From: Raillietiella orientalis | Taxonomy: Eukaryota | Direction: 5' to 3' | NCBI GenBank assembly: GCA_036172245.1 | Contig: JAYWIR010000055.1 | Span: forward strand, 806,001 to 870,000 | DNA: 64,000 nt | Shown here: in pieces, positions 12,190 to 25,700 of the stretch | How the letters are laid out: every line of letters begins with the position of its first letter | How positions within the stretch are numbered: position 1 is the stretch's first letter | The notes under the pieces: generated by a model | What the model saw: the letters and a program-made list of their open reading frames with translations, nothing else | Database searches by the model: none | What the model was told of the DNA's origin: nothing | Program-made: the position numbers and the translations under genes

Positions 12190-12648
12190 GTGCACACAAG
12201 TCTTTTAATTGGACTCGGGACCTCCCATTAGGCGGTCGCCGTGATCGCAACGAGATGCTGCATTCGCGCCGTCTTTGCAGCGAAAGGGGGCAGCCACCAG
12301 CATGGCAGCCGCCACGATGAAGACAGCTACAAGGTGGCCTCACCTGAGAGAAGAAGTCTCCAGGGAGGTCGCCACCACACGGAATCGCTTCTAGAAAGAA
12401 AGGAATGATGGAAGCCAACGATCCCTCCGTCCCAATCCTCCAGCCTTCTTTCTTTATTGTCCACTCCTTCCTCTCCCTACTCTCTTAGGAGTCGACCTCT
12501 GTGCTGATGGTCATCTCCAACGAACTTCTGGTTTTTTTTTTTTTTTTCTTCCCCTTTTGGCATCTCTGATATCCAGGCGACGCCGCCCCTTCTGAATTGA
12601 AGCTTATTTTTTTTTGTTCAAAAACGTCCCGGCTCCACCGGGGAAAAA
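12190..12648 (+). mobile_element. L1/Tx1-like family 3' fragment
   Basis: LPLGGRRD...LCSERG resembles LPCNARRD...RCGERE. Ends with T-tract, AAAAACG, CCCGG-CTCCA-CCGGG, GAAAAA. Confidence 0.5.
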
Positions 12649-12699
12649 CCCTCCATCCCGGCCGCTGGTTCGCGTCCACGCTCCTGGGATGCTTCCCAG

Positions 12700-13090
12700 G
12701 AGCATCCGATGATCGGGGACACTAAATGTGATCGTTCGAACCTTGATTCGAGCTTATTCATGTAGTGTTCCTCCACTAGTAGCCGACCATAAGTCCTCAG
12801 TCCTGCACGCGGTGAGGCGGATTCATCCACAAACCCAGTTTGTGGACCACCCCTCCCTCTTCCATAAAATGGACATGTAATGTGGACCAACGCCGAAAGT
12901 GAGGTGGCTATCATCTTCCGGCGTTCGCTCCCGGACGCGTGTGACCGACGTGGCCGGCCTAGCCGTCGGTGGCGTGAGGCGCGACCTGACTCTTGCGGGT
13001 TCCCGATAGCGGCTGTTGTCCACGCACGGTGGCCAGTTCGAGACGGCAGTGGCCGCTCCCCGACTGTGCCCATTCACGTGCGCGCAGCGT
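12700..13090 (-). mobile_element. Decayed APE-endonuclease fragment
   Basis: GHSRGAATAV (cf. GxSRGVAIL) and terminal SVPDHRML (cf. SDH motif). Confidence 0.35.
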
Positions 13091-16000
13091 GGACGCGCGC
13101 GCACCTACTGATTGTTGCTGCTCAGTTGGCGTGGAGACCGGCAGACAACGCAGCGGGGTCTCCGGGATCGAGGGTGCCCAAAACTGCGCTCTGTCTCTCG
13201 AGCGCCACAAGCACAGAGGGCGCGCCGCCAGCAGGCGCGGAGCATTCTGTGGCCGAGTAGGGATTGGTGTGAGGCGAGTGGACAGAGTGGGTGAGGAAGG
13301 CGTCCGCCGGACCTGCGTCCCTCCGTAGGGAGGGGAGCACAGCAGGGGGTGCCTCCCCCCCTCCTTCTAACAGAGGGGAACCGCTATGAACGGGACCTCC
13401 GTAATCCCCGCATTCATCCCGGCCGGATGCTCCTGGAGCCGATTGATCGCGGACGCCGTTGGGACGCGTCGCAGCTTCCTTTATTGATGCTCCTGCGAGC
13501 TGCTTCTTTGATTGATCGTCTTTGGGGCGTGCGCGCCCCATTACGGGGCGCTCGTTCCCGCGCGACGGTCAGGTGGCGCTACATTCAGCCTGGTGGAGGA
13601 ACGGCGATTTGCCCCCTTCGCGGGGGATGGGGCAAGCGAGGCCAAGCCTCCGGCGAGAGGAAGTGGGACTCTGTCTCGTTCCCGCATTCCGTTCCCGTGG
13701 ATGCGGATCCCATGTGGCTGGTTGGGCATCAGGGAGAGCGCCCTCTGGGGGCAGCAGTCGGTCCGGAACGAGGAAGCTGCATCCCACCGTCGTGAGGGAC
13801 GACTGCCAGGAACTGCTCCAGCAGGGATGGAAGGAGGGGAGTGGTCTTTGGACTTGACGAGGGCCGAACCAGGACGGAAAGCCCGCTGGAGTTCTATGCT
13901 CCGGAGAGTCCGCTCGGTTGACCCCGGTAACTGCTCTCTTCCCTTTCCGTCTCGCCGGGGTGCCAGGTCTTGCTGCGCGCATCCACGCGCCCGGAGGGAT
14001 TCTCCCGGTCGAGCTTCGAGGCGAAGTCTCCCGCCTAGGGCGCTGTGGGTCGATCCCGGGACGCCCCTCCTCGGAAGAAACGCAGGAGGCAGCGCTTGGG
14101 ACTGTCCTCCGCAGCTCTGGGCCGTCACTGACCCTCCGGAACCGCGCTTTCTTGGTGTTCTGAAGCGATCCCCGCTGCTTTCGGTCTGAAGGGATGGGAG
14201 AGGCTCCGGCGCGACCCGTGACTTTCGCTCCGGACGGTGCTGGAAAACGAGCGCGATTGCTTGCTCTCCGTGTCAGGGGGAGGGGGCGACCCTCGCCCCG
14301 CGACCACCTGAGGGCGCTTAGAGAGACGCCCGCGCTGGCCGGGTGCTGGCCGTGGGGAAGCATGTGGAAGGGTAGAGGGAGGTGGGAAGGAGGAGACGGT
14401 AGGCAACTGAGGTCACGTTTGGAGTCTCCCTTTTCTTTCCTCGAGACGACGCGCTTCCCACTTCAGGGAACGGGGGTGGAAGAGGGGGTGCGGCTCCCCC
14501 TCTGTCTGCGCCCCTCTCAGGATATGGCGGCGCCGTGGTCCGCTGTCCTCTTGGAATGGCTGCTGCCCCAAACCCAGCCCCTCGGGGTTCTACGACTTCC
14601 CTAGGATTTCCGGTGTCGTCCTTTCCCTGGGGCCCCTTTGCACTCGGAGGACTCGCAAGTGGCTTCCCCCCGGGGCAGCGTGACGGTAACTTTTTTTTAC
14701 TATTTCTTCGTTCATTTCAATTTTTCTTCCCCAATCCTGGCTGCTCGAGGGGTCATCTACACCTGACTCGCATTCTGGGCTTCCCTTTCGCCACCCTGAG
14801 GGGTCACTGCCTCCGGACGGGGGATGCCACGTCTCCTTCCCCTCCTCTCCCAGTGGGTCATGGCATCTGGGGGCGGACTGAACCCTCCCTCCAGAGGGAC
14901 AGGGCAGTCTAATGACCTCGGAGGGCGGGAGCGTGTGGGCTCGCTTTCCTCGGGGTGCAGAGGAATCCTCCGCGGCTCCTTTCCCAGCCCCATGCAGTCA
15001 GTTCTGCCTCGCTCTCCCCCCTTCGATGCCTAGAGGCGCGCTGCCCCTCCTGCCTACCATCGCCTACCTACGCCCTCACTACCACTCCGTCCCGTCCCTA
15101 ACGTGCGGAGCTCGTGGTTTTAAGTTGGGGGGCGCTCCCCCCCTCCCTCTGCGACTCTGCCGGAGGCGTCGTCTCGAAAAAATGGCGAACCGCTGCCGGG
15201 GAGGCTGCTCGCCGCTGCCCTTCGCGTTCGACGGGACGGGCACGCGCACCGCGATGCGTCCTTCCCGATCCTTCGGTGGGAAGGGAGGGGCGGCTTCGCC
15301 CCTCCCTCCAGCGGTTTCATCCAGGAGCTGCCGCTTCTTGGAGAAAGCGGTTCCCAGAAGCACCTCGTGCCCTCCTCTACTCGGCCCTCGGGCGCCCTTT
15401 ACGACCATAGTGGAGGGAGGGGGAGAAAGATCTCTCTGCCGTGCCCATCTTCCCTATCCTTCCCCAAAGATCAGCGTCCGGTCGCGAGGCTAGCTTCCCG
15501 CCGACCATGAGGAAGGATGGGAAAGATGGGCAGCCTGTCATCCCATGTCGCAATTCCTGTCCTGCGGGAGGTTCTACTTCTGCGGCACGTCCGCTTGCAG
15601 TCCGACTGTCGGAACTGCCGGCGTAGCCGCGAGGATGGCGGGAAGGTGTCTATGGCCGTGGGTCGGGTCACCGGCAGTCCTCCACGCGATGGCGACGTGG
15701 TGAGGACCCGTCAGGGATGCGTCTTCTCTTGGAATGCAGTGTCCAACCTCCGGTAGGGTTCCAGAAATCGTCCCAGGGGAGGAAGAGCTCCTGTTCTGTC
15801 TTCCTGATGACGTCACGGTGCCCTTGCTCGCTGCTGCAGGGGTGTCGCTCGCGCTTTTCGACTGAGCCTTTTGAATCGGGCAGCCGGGAGATCGGGCGCG
15901 CGCGACCCGGGGCTGAAGCGGGTGGAGTGAGGGCAGCTCCGCTCTGGTCTTCCGGGCTTGACGTGAGCGAAGAGGCCAATCCTCTGCGTCTGTCCGCCGC

Positions 16001-16249
16001 CTGACCATGTGGGGACGCCGACGGCCCACGAAGGGAGGCGTGCGCTATCGGGGATCCGCCCGGACGTCCTCAACTCGAGTTTCTCCGGAACTCTCGTGCG
16101 GATAACAGGCGGGGTCGAACCCACGCCTCTCAGGAGGAAGCCTCAGGACGAAAGCGCGTCCCCTGGCACGCACGCGGCGCGCGGGGGAAGGGTAGCAATC
16201 GCATATCCCTCCCTGAAGCCGCACGAGATGAGGGCGACGCTGCGCGGCG

Positions 16250-17115
16250 TCCGTTCTGACCGCAGCATTGTCCCTCCGGGAGACCTCCCCGGAGAGAACA
16301 AGAAAGAGGTATCCCTTCGGGGTTCCTTCCGGAGACAACCAGGGAGAGCTGCTCGGCATTCCCAGAGGAGACCTGGAGTGGCTCCTAGTGCTCAAGAGCA
16401 GCAGCGCCCTTCCCTCGAAGCGGCAAGAGTTGGCACTTCTGCCGTTGCACTGGAGTCTTCCCTACAACGCACGCTGGGAAGGGCGATCCCGGACTGCTGC
16501 AGGTGGGGGCAACGGGAATCCTCCTTCCCGCACCTACTGGTGGACCATGTTGCCCTGCGGGCACTATGGAAACAGGATCTTAGTTGTCACCTCCAGGACG
16601 TTTTACGGCTCCTCTTCGTACGGGATGCCTTGCAGGCAGACGCAGCTCCAGCAGCAGCGCTTTGCAGCATCCGCGGGATGGCAGCAGCCTGGAGCGAAAC
16701 CGAAGGAGGAAGAAACGAGTGGGACGCCGCCCAGTGCGCAGTTCGTTTTCTGCGGATGGCCGCCAGATAGCCCCACCTGAGACCTGTTCGGATGCACCTC
16801 GTCTTGGCTTGGCTTCTAAGGCAGCTCTACAGCTCACCTCATCCTAGAAAGGATGCAGATTCTTTCCAGTGGACAGTGGTTGGTCCCTTCTCAACTCTCC
16901 CGAGGATTCTTATTTATTTTTATTTACTCTTCATTTTTTCTTGTTTTTTACCATCCCCCCCCCCCCCCCCGCTGCTGAGGTGACCCCCGCCGGTCTGCTC
17001 ACCAGCGACCCGGCAGGTCCGTGGACAAACAGAGTGTGATCGGATCACGTGCCCTACCACAGTTTAAGAGTTTCTTTTAAATTTCAAGAAACGCTCCGGC
17101 GTGTCCGGGTGGAAA
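16250..17115 (+). mobile_element. L1/Tx1-like family 3' fragment with zf-RVT zinc finger and 3' UTR (frameshifted)
   Basis: LPSKRQELALLPLHWSLPYNAR / PDCCRWGQRESSFPHLLVDHVALRALW...AALCSIRG...AVRFLRMAAR are clearly homologous to the 33164 ORF. The UTR core is at ~16992-17016 and the terminal CCGG-CGTGT-CCGGGTGGAAA follows. Confidence 0.8.
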
Positions 17116-17589
17116 TCGGAGACAGTGAGAGTGAGGGTTCCCTCCGGGGTTCACTACCAAGCGAAAGAGGAACAGACTCTTTCATCTGGAGCCTTCCTGG
17201 ATACATAGGGTAGTCCCCTTCTGGCGTTATCTCCTAACTGAAAGAGTTATACGCCCCCTCGGGTGGCGCGGACGGGTCAAACAGCTCTGTGAGACCCACC
17301 CTAAGGAAACGAACGGCTCTTCAGCACTTGGCGAATCGAAAGAAAAAAAAAAAAAAAAGCAGGAAGGAAAGCTGCGAAAACAGAACCGCAACGGGTATGC
17401 ATGGAGAACCGAAAAGGATATCCACCTAGACAAGGGTCTCTTCGGGCTCTCCGCAGCGCATCGGTGCCGTTTCGAGGTGTCTTCCTGCTCGTTCCTGCCC
17501 TGGCCACTCTGAGCAGGGCGGCTGTCCCAGTGTTTGTTCCTCTCACCTACTGGGGTGCGCTGCACTGACCTTTGCACTCGCTCCTTCCA

Positions 17590-18170
17590 CTGCGGGAGCT
17601 GATGCCAGCACGTTTTCTTCAGCTGTTTGAAGAGGGGGGCTCATCAAATTTTCGCGGCGCAGCGCTTTCCGATCCTCATTATCTTCAGAGCCATTGCCTG
17701 CCGGAAGGATGCTGCGCTGAATTCCAGCTGGTTGGCTTTTCAAACATCCTAAATCGGCAAGGAGGATTTCTAGGCTTCCAAGGCAGCTCTACATCTCACC
17801 TCATCAGCGATTCCTTAACAATCTCGGAAGTTCTCCAGGAATCCTCAGTAGAACTGGAGAGGTCAGTGATCTTGCAGTCCGATCTTTTCGTCCCGTTTCA
17901 AGTGCAAGGTCGGAACGGCACAGCTTGGAAAATCCCGTTCCGCCTGTTCCTCTCTCGGGACGGAGGGCACTGCGGGAGCACTTTCGCCCGAGCGGGGCTT
18001 TCGATCTTTTAGAAAAGCTGGAAGGTGCCTCGAAACCTCCTCTCCAAGGCAAAGATGCCATTTCTGCGCTATCTTGAAAGAGAGACCATTCTTCACCCTC
18101 ACACGTCGGGAGGGCGAGTTCTGGAGCCTCACCGTGCAGACGAGGAGCCTGGAATCCACTTGGCTCCTTG
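17590..18170 (+). mobile_element. Decayed LINE RT C-terminal/thumb fragment; paralogous segment at ~21000-21120 on the minus strand
   Basis: YLERETILHPHTSGGRVLEP resembles the P...GGLG motif. The antisense translations HGEAPELALPTCEGEEWSLFQD and HGEAPELSLPKCEGEEHSLFQD show homology to 21000-21120. Confidence 0.45.
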
Positions 18171-21100
18171 TTCCGGACAGACCCCGGAGCAAGGAACGGC
18201 CGATGGCCCTCTCCAGTGTCCAGCGGTTGGATTATATTCCCCTCCGCCATCCTCACGCAGCCCGCGCGCGTGCCCTGTCCTGCTAAAGCAGCGTTTCCTT
18301 AAGAAGTCATCTGAGAATCCTCACTGGTGTGAGGAGGTGGAGCGGCATCCCCAATGAGCGAAGTGAATCCTGATCATTTCGTGTGGCGACCCCGTTACGG
18401 GAACGCGAGAGGAGAGATCGCCTTCACCGAGCAGTTGACCCCTCAGACGAGATGCTCCGTCAGTCAGTCAGTTTCATTCTCGAAATTCGTCCCCAGCGTG
18501 CGCTCCTGTCTGCCGGACAATCCGATGGCCACAACCACTGAAACCAACTGCGCGATCGCACTGGGATCACATCACACATCGTCATCCCCACTTGTCAATC
18601 GCGACGCGCCATTTGAAGGACAGCGCTCTTCGAGCGAGGCAGTGCTGTGTTTCCGCTGGTCGGGCGCGTCTCTTGCAGCATCCGCGAGAGCAGCAGCACC
18701 ACGCGTGGAGGCCGCGGCTCACTGCATATCTCAGGTGACGACATGACGTGGACAGATTTTTTTTCCTTTCCTTCCGGCTCGACGGACATGTCGATGCGAT
18801 GACGTCATCCGTAGCTCGCCCTGAATGACGAACGGTTTCTTCAAGGTGATTGCTCGGAACTTTTTCCCGAGTCTTAGTTTAAAGGGCCATTTTTTACGTT
18901 CGGGTTCATCGGGATATTTTCGGACGAGTCTCTACACGCCCGCTTATTTTCCGGACTTCAACGTGCTGCGAGATTTATGGCGGCTCCCTCACGAAGCGGC
19001 TTATTGCCGATATAATAAGAGCGGTTTCTGCGTGCGCCGACCCACTTTCCTATTCCAGACGTTCCTCCATCTTTTGCCGAAGGAGAGAGGGAGGAATTTC
19101 CCAACTTTTTCTTGTGCAGGGCACTGGGGGAAGCTTTCGAAAGGCACGGAAAAGAGGGCATCTTGCGATTCCTCGGAGCGCGCGCGCCCCGTCAAGAGCT
19201 CCGAGACGCGAAGGTGTGCGTTTCCAAGAGGGATGTGGGAAGGATGGGATGGTGTGTGTGTGTGTGGGGGGGGGGGAGAAGGGAAGCGAAGGTTGTCGGG
19301 AAAATTCGGGCAAACTTCGGCTGTCTAACGGTTGGCGCACGCCGAGCGTATGCACACCGAGAACACCTCAAGCGGGTCCCGCGGGATGGTTGTCAGACCA
19401 CCTGAAGACTGCTGAAAAGTTCCTCAAAAGACCCTGCCCCTTCCTCAGGACACAACTCGATTCTTGCCGTCACTGGGGTGGTTCCTCTCAGAGCTGAGTG
19501 TGCGCGGCAGCGAGAGATGTCACACAGGAAGATGCTTCCCTGTGCGCACCCTAAGGCAGGTTCACCAACATGGCTGACCGCGGCGTTTGGATCAGCTCGG
19601 GTTCTCACAGGAACTCCAGGAAGCTAAGAGAGCAGCGACCGCGGCAGAAGATTTCGGTTGCACACTGTTAGCAGCTTTGAGCTTGGCTGTTTTTTTCTTC
19701 GTGCATCTTCCCAGGCTGGCCCGCGTTGGCGGCAGCGCCCTGTGGCCTCCGCTCGTGGTGCCAAGCGTCGCGGGGGTCGAATCCCAGACGGGGAGGGAAG
19801 GGTCGACCCTGAGAAGTGGGGAGGCGCTTCGTGGGTTTCGAGTCACCCCTACAGGACGACTCTGGTTGGCCTTGGTTGGCTTCGGGTGCGGCGGTACTGG
19901 CGGGAGCCCCTGTTGACTGGCCCGGATCGGAAGCTGACCCTCCCTCCGGGTTCCCCCCAGGACATCAAGCAGCCCTTTGGGGCTCCCCTCCTGTTGTGAA
20001 AATTCAGCCTCACGTCTTCTTTCGCGAGCGGCCCCTCGTGCGGTTTGAGTGAGGGCCGTGCTGAGAATTCTTTGCCTGGACCGAGGTCGGCAACCGGAGG
20101 GATCAGAAGTCTTGCAGTCAGGTCTTTTCGTCTGTTCCAGGTGCGAGGTTGGAACAGGCACACTCCGGTCCTGCCCAGTCTGGACGGAGGGCATTGCGGA
20201 ACACTCGGTCAGGACTTCCGACCTTTTAGAAAAACTGGAAGGAAGAGAGGTCTTTGCCTCCTCCACCACTCTCGCGAGCCCTGCCTTGCTTCCTTTCCAC
20301 GAAGAGTCCATGAGTCGAGGGAAGGAGCCAGTTTTGCATACTGGCGGCTGGGGAAGGGGCGGTACGGGAAACCCGTATCCTCCAGCAGGAAGAGAGGGAG
20401 CAGCAACGAATAATGAGCACATCGAGGAGGATGCGTCCTTCAAGTGGAACAACAGTCCCTCATTGTTTCGGAAAATGGGGGGTAGGAATGGGATTTGAAT
20501 GACAATGCACTCCACGCACGAGCCTTCGAACTCGATCTCTCCTCGTTTCGCGGAAGCCGTTTCTTGGGGGATTCCCTCCGTCGACGAACCAGCATTCCTT
20601 GATTGTCGTTGCCTGGGACAATCGTGTAGCTAAGCATCCGTCCCCTCGTTCTCTTTCTTTCTTTCCTTACTTTTTTTTTTTTTTAAGAAGAAAACGATGA
20701 TGAGCAGTGGGAGCAGCTAAAAAATGAAAAGAATTTCCGGATCAAAAATGCCCCAGGAGTCCTTCTTCCCGACCTGTTTTCCTCTGGCTGACCGCCGATT
20801 CGCGCGCCTCTCCGGCGGGGAGACCTCCGTGCTGCCGCACAGCTTCAAGTGGGGCGAGGGAACCCTCTTTGGAGGAAGAGAGCACCCCAGAGCCCCACCT
20901 GACCTCCCCAGATGCCAGTTGCCTCTCAGCTAGAGATGCAATCGCCGGCGAATCCGAGATAAAGTGGTGAGGCTCTCCGAACGCCCGGATCGACGTGGAT
21001 TTCCCAGCCAGGCTCCTCGTCTGCACGGTGAGGCTCCAGAACTCTCCCTACCTAAGTGCGAGGGTGAGGAACATTCTCTCTTTCAAGATGGCTTCAAGAT

Positions 21101-21550
21101 GGCACTTTTGCCTTGGAGGGGGAAGGCCCGGCGCAAGCAGAGAGAACTCGAAAGGGGTACGCTGCGTCCTCTGGTGGAAATCGGGAACACGGACAAGCGA
21201 ACTCCCATCGAGCTGCAGGGCAGATTCCCAGGAGCGTCCAATGAAATGAGCTCCACTCTGCCGGCGTCTGGAACAGCTCCCACCTGACGCGGAAGCTGCA
21301 CTGCTCTGCGAGAGCACTAGGGATCGCCATCGCTTCTGCAGAGGAGAGCTGAAGAGGTCTTTATCGGAGACCTCATCCATGAGGTTTTCGAAACGATCCG
21401 GGCATCGCTCTCCCCGACCTTCTCTGCCTGCTGCTGAGGAGACTCACCCATACCTCAGAAGCACATGGGACCCGACCCCCATTTCTTTCGACAACGATCT
21501 ACAATGCTTGGAGGCAGGAGGCTATTGAATCCCGGGCTGCATTCCAGGGA

Positions 21551-22708
21551 ATGCGTCCTGAAGATCTTTGCCCCTGCGACAACCCTGGAAGGGACCTGTT
21601 GCCCCGACCCCTGGAAGTGGTGACGCAGGACGTGGTGAATCGATCGACTTTAGCCGCCACACCCCTCGCCGCAGCGCTCTCTGCCCTCAAGGCAAGAGAC
21701 AATAGTAGCTGGCTGGCGAGATGGGAGTTTCCCTGCATCGTTGCGGGAAGGATGAAACTCCTTGGCAGCTGGAAGGCGGGCAATCTGACTTTGCTGCCAC
21801 TCCACGTGCAATTGCGACGGGACTCCTTCGGTGGAGAGAACTTTTTAGTGTTGCCCTTTAAGAACTTGTGTCTCTCCCCATTGTTTGGACAATTCAATGT
21901 TCCCCCTTTTCTGGAAACAGGCCGTTCTAATCTTCCTGTATTGGAGATTGCAGAGCAACGAGGGGAGGCACTACGTTTCCGGAGGGGTTGCATCCCCGAC
22001 CAGCACCAGATGCGGGTCAATGAAGTCAATCTCGCCTCACCTGTTTTTGGACTGTGGTGCCCTCCAAAAACTTTGGCGGAGGATGACTGCAGTGTTCCTG
22101 CACCAGTAGGACACTGCCCGAAGCGTGATACGACGGTTCTTCGAGCCGGGAGGATTCTCGACAGGTGCGATGGTCGCAACCATAGGGCTGTATCCGTGCC
22201 ATCGTCACGGCCCTCACCATGAGCTCGAGACGACTACGCAGCGAAGAGAGGTCATTGGGATGGCAGCCGCTTAGGCGAGGACGGCTGAACAGTGGCCTCA
22301 CCTGGGAGAGGAAGCGAAGGAGGACACAACCGGCGTTCAGCGCCAGTTTGAGGATAGCTAGGAATGGCGGACAACGATGACCCTTGTCCCCTGACTCCCT
22401 TTATTTTTTTTTCGTTTTTATTTCTCATTCCCTATTCTCGTTCTCTCCGTAACTTCCTTTTTTTTTTTTGTTTTGATTCCGTTGCATACGAAACGAACTC
22501 AAAGATGAACTGCCCCACCCCACCGCAATTATTTTTTTTTGTTACCCCCCAATCCTCTCCCTCGTTCTGGACTTTTGCTTATCCCGATCTGCGTGTCAGT
22601 GGACCCTCCCCTGAACTTCTTTTGACTTGGGTTGGGAACCAGCGTGATCCCGGCTGGTTTATTTATCTTTCATAAAATAAACGCGTCCCGGAGTGACCGG
22701 GTGAAAAA
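21551..22708 (+). mobile_element. L1/Tx1-like family 3' fragment with 3' UTR
   Basis: TPLAAALSALKARDNSSWLARWEFPCIVAGRMKLLGSWK aligns with TPLAAALASLVEHQDSDVAAKWEVNMIISGKEKKQGEWK. Hairpin AACCAGC-N9-GCTGGTT (22637-22659), AATAAA (22676), then CCCGG-AGTGA-CCGGG-TGAAAAA. Confidence 0.72.
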
Positions 22709-25700
22709 CCTCTTTCGGCACATTCCGATAGCACGGGTGGTCATCATCGACTCACCTGCCGAGGCACCGAATCTGATCTTGTAGCTGTGCACCTTCCTCC
22801 CCGAAGTGTCCGAGCAGGAGACAGGACCATCGCGTTCATCTCACGCCTGGTGGTGAATGCGGGACGATGGCCGACCCGAGTGTGTCCAGAAGACGAGAGG
22901 GAAAATCATCGATGGGAATGAGGTCACCTCGTAGTGGGGGAGACCTCACAACAGGAAGGGAGACAGCAAGAGCATTCCTCGAGAGATCCCTGAGATTTCG
23001 GATCTGCATAGCGATGAAGAGACGCGGAACCGAAGTCCTCTATGATCTGGGCGGTGAAGCATCAGGAAGGAAGGATGTTCTCCATCATTCATCATCCCTG
23101 GGCCGTGCACCCTACGAGTCACCCTCACAACTAAAAGCACCCTGAAGAATCACAGACCACTAAGGAAGATGCGTTCGGAAAGACTGCAAAGTTGACGCTC
23201 CGTCCCGACATGCGGATTCACCCCATCAGACCGAAAGCGCCTTTGCACCGCGGACAACCCCCGCAGGAGCCCCAGTGGCCCTCGACCACAAGTGGATCCC
23301 GCGGTACGGTTTCAGCCTGAGGCCGGATGAGGACAGCCGCGTGGTCGACAGCGCCGTCCACGCGGTCAGTCCGGCGAACCGCGACGGCAGGCTAGGTTGG
23401 TGACGTGATCCCGCAGGTGAACGACCAGAACGTCAGGCCATTGAGGGCATGCGTAGCAGGTCGTCGACCTGCAGCGGAAGACCAGGGTCCGCTAGAAGGC
23501 GCACCTCCACGTCCATTGCTGCGCGTCAGCCTGACCTCACCTCTGCCGGGTGCTAGCAGAGACCAAAGAGCACTCGTCCAGCCCTCGCATCCGCTCCTCA
23601 TTTCCGGGAATCCTAGGGAGCCAAAGATCAGGTCGCCTGGACATCCTTCGTCGACAGGGAGACAGGGAGGAATCCTCGCGCCCTTCGCTCCTCCGCCTCT
23701 TCGAGCGTTGCCGAACTCGCCGCAGGTGCTCTCGAAGGAACGGGCGGTGCCTCCGGGATAGTCGTCCTCTTTCCAGGGGGTGCGCCGGCTGGCTGCGGGA
23801 GGTCGCGTCCCGGCTGCCTTCGATCGCCGCCGCCTCCACCTCTCTCCTGCGTAGGAGTCTGCCCCAGTCCTGGACTTGTGTGCAGTTGCGATCTCGTAAC
23901 TGAGAGGGAGGGAACGGAGCGCTGGGGATCGGCTCTGACGGGGGAGGAGGGACGAATCGGGCAGCAGCGGCGGTCCGGAGCTCCCTCTACGAAGCAGCCC
24001 GACATCTTCCCAGTTCGGTGGCAAACGGACGGACGGGGGAGAAGCACTTCGGGCGGGCTTTGGGGCCGGTCAAGCGGTCCACACCGTACCCCACCCACCA
24101 TCCAAGGAGTATGCTGAGCGAGTGTGGGGGAGGCGGTGGCTGGGCGACCTCCCGAGCGGGGCAGCGAGGCGGCGGAGGGCGGAGAAGAGGGGTGGGGTGA
24201 CCACTGCCTCTCGACCGATGCGAGGAGGTGCTTCCATTGGTCCGGAGTGAGACAACCAGAGGTGTAGGGAGGTTCCCGACTGCGGCGGGGGGGGGGGATG
24301 AGGTCCCCCCCCGCCGCAGTTCCCTGCGCCCCTCGTAAACACCGCGCCGTGCACGGACGAAATGTCAATAAAAGCCATCAATAGATGCAGCCGCCCTGTA
24401 AACGCCACATGGCTGTGGGGACGACCCGATTCGCGCTCTTTGATTGCCGGAGCGTTTATGACGTCGCCCATCGTTTGACTTGTGGAGGACCAAAATCAGC
24501 TGCTAAATAAAAGATGGAAGCTGCATCGGCGAGCGAAGAGGTCCATTCCTCCTCAGCTTATCATCATCGCAGCTGATCTTTGCACTGTCCGGAAATGTTG
24601 ATTGACCAACGGACAGTGGATTGATACTGCGAGGGGATTCACTCGGATTCTTCGTAGTGACCGTGGGTCGTTAAATGTCGCAATCGTTGATCTACGCTGC
24701 TCCGCAGCCATCTGGATCGAAAGGGTGGGGTCCTGATCCAGCTGCTTTCACGTCTGGACCTCTATCGAAGGAAGTGCGAGCACGACTTCCTAGTAATTGG
24801 ATCTCATAACCATCAGCACGATCTTTGTCCTCGTTACATAGCAAAGACCTCTGTCTCTTCTAAGCTCGCTTTCTGTCTTTTTGTTCTGTTCCTCCCCTTG
24901 GCTGGGTTGACCGTCGGTAGCGATGAGCCGCCCTCGAAAGGGCGCCGCCTCCTCTTGAGCGTTGGGCGGGTGGGATGAACCCGACAAAAGTGGAAGGGGC
25001 AGCAGGGAACCCTCCAGCTGCTCTTCGAGTGCACCCCACCCCTCCGAACGCTTGCCGAGCACAACCAAGGGGTGGCAAAAGGACACGAGGCGGACTCGAA
25101 GCGCCCCCACACGGAAAACCGGACGCGGGTCCAGCAGCTGCTGCTACGAGACCGCCGGAGGACACGCTCCGGGTGCCTCTCACGAGCGCCACATGCGACT
25201 GCAGCAGAGCCTGCAGCAGGGTCGGCGGAGGAAGGCGTCTATGGGTAGCGGGGAACCCAGGCACACGCGGCGCCACGCCAGGATGGCCACTCCTCGACGC
25301 GTCTCCCGCGTCGCACTTGGCGCGTCCCAACGCTGAGGCCTCCTTCGCGGGCAGTCGGAGCAGACTTCATGGCAAGGCGAAGGTGCCACGGAGGAGACGG
25401 AGGCGGCGCCCGTCCTGCAGGCGACTCCGGCCCGCGCCAGAGCGGGCAAAAAGAGTCCTCCACAAACCTCTCCCTTCCCCCCCCCTCCCTTCCCCGGGGC
25501 GAAGTGGCTGCGGAAGCTGCATTTCTTCCTCCTCGGGTATCCGACTGACGGATGGGCACTCGGCGGGCGGGAGGGCGCGACAGCCTCGCGCTCCCCGAGC
25601 CGCTATGATGGGGCTGGGAGGGAGTGAAGGATGACAAGGGTCGGCGCGCCGAGAGTCATCCGGGAAGATCCCTCCTCGGCTAATTGGAAAATCCTCTTGA

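Noticed and set aside
16100..16145. Minus-strand GAGGCGTGGGTTCGACCCC resembling a tRNA-Leu 3' half
   Set aside because: The D-arm and acceptor stem cannot be formed.
18800..18807. CRE palindrome TGACGTCA
   Set aside because: It also occurs at ~9477 and ~15808 inside relic DNA, with no independent support.
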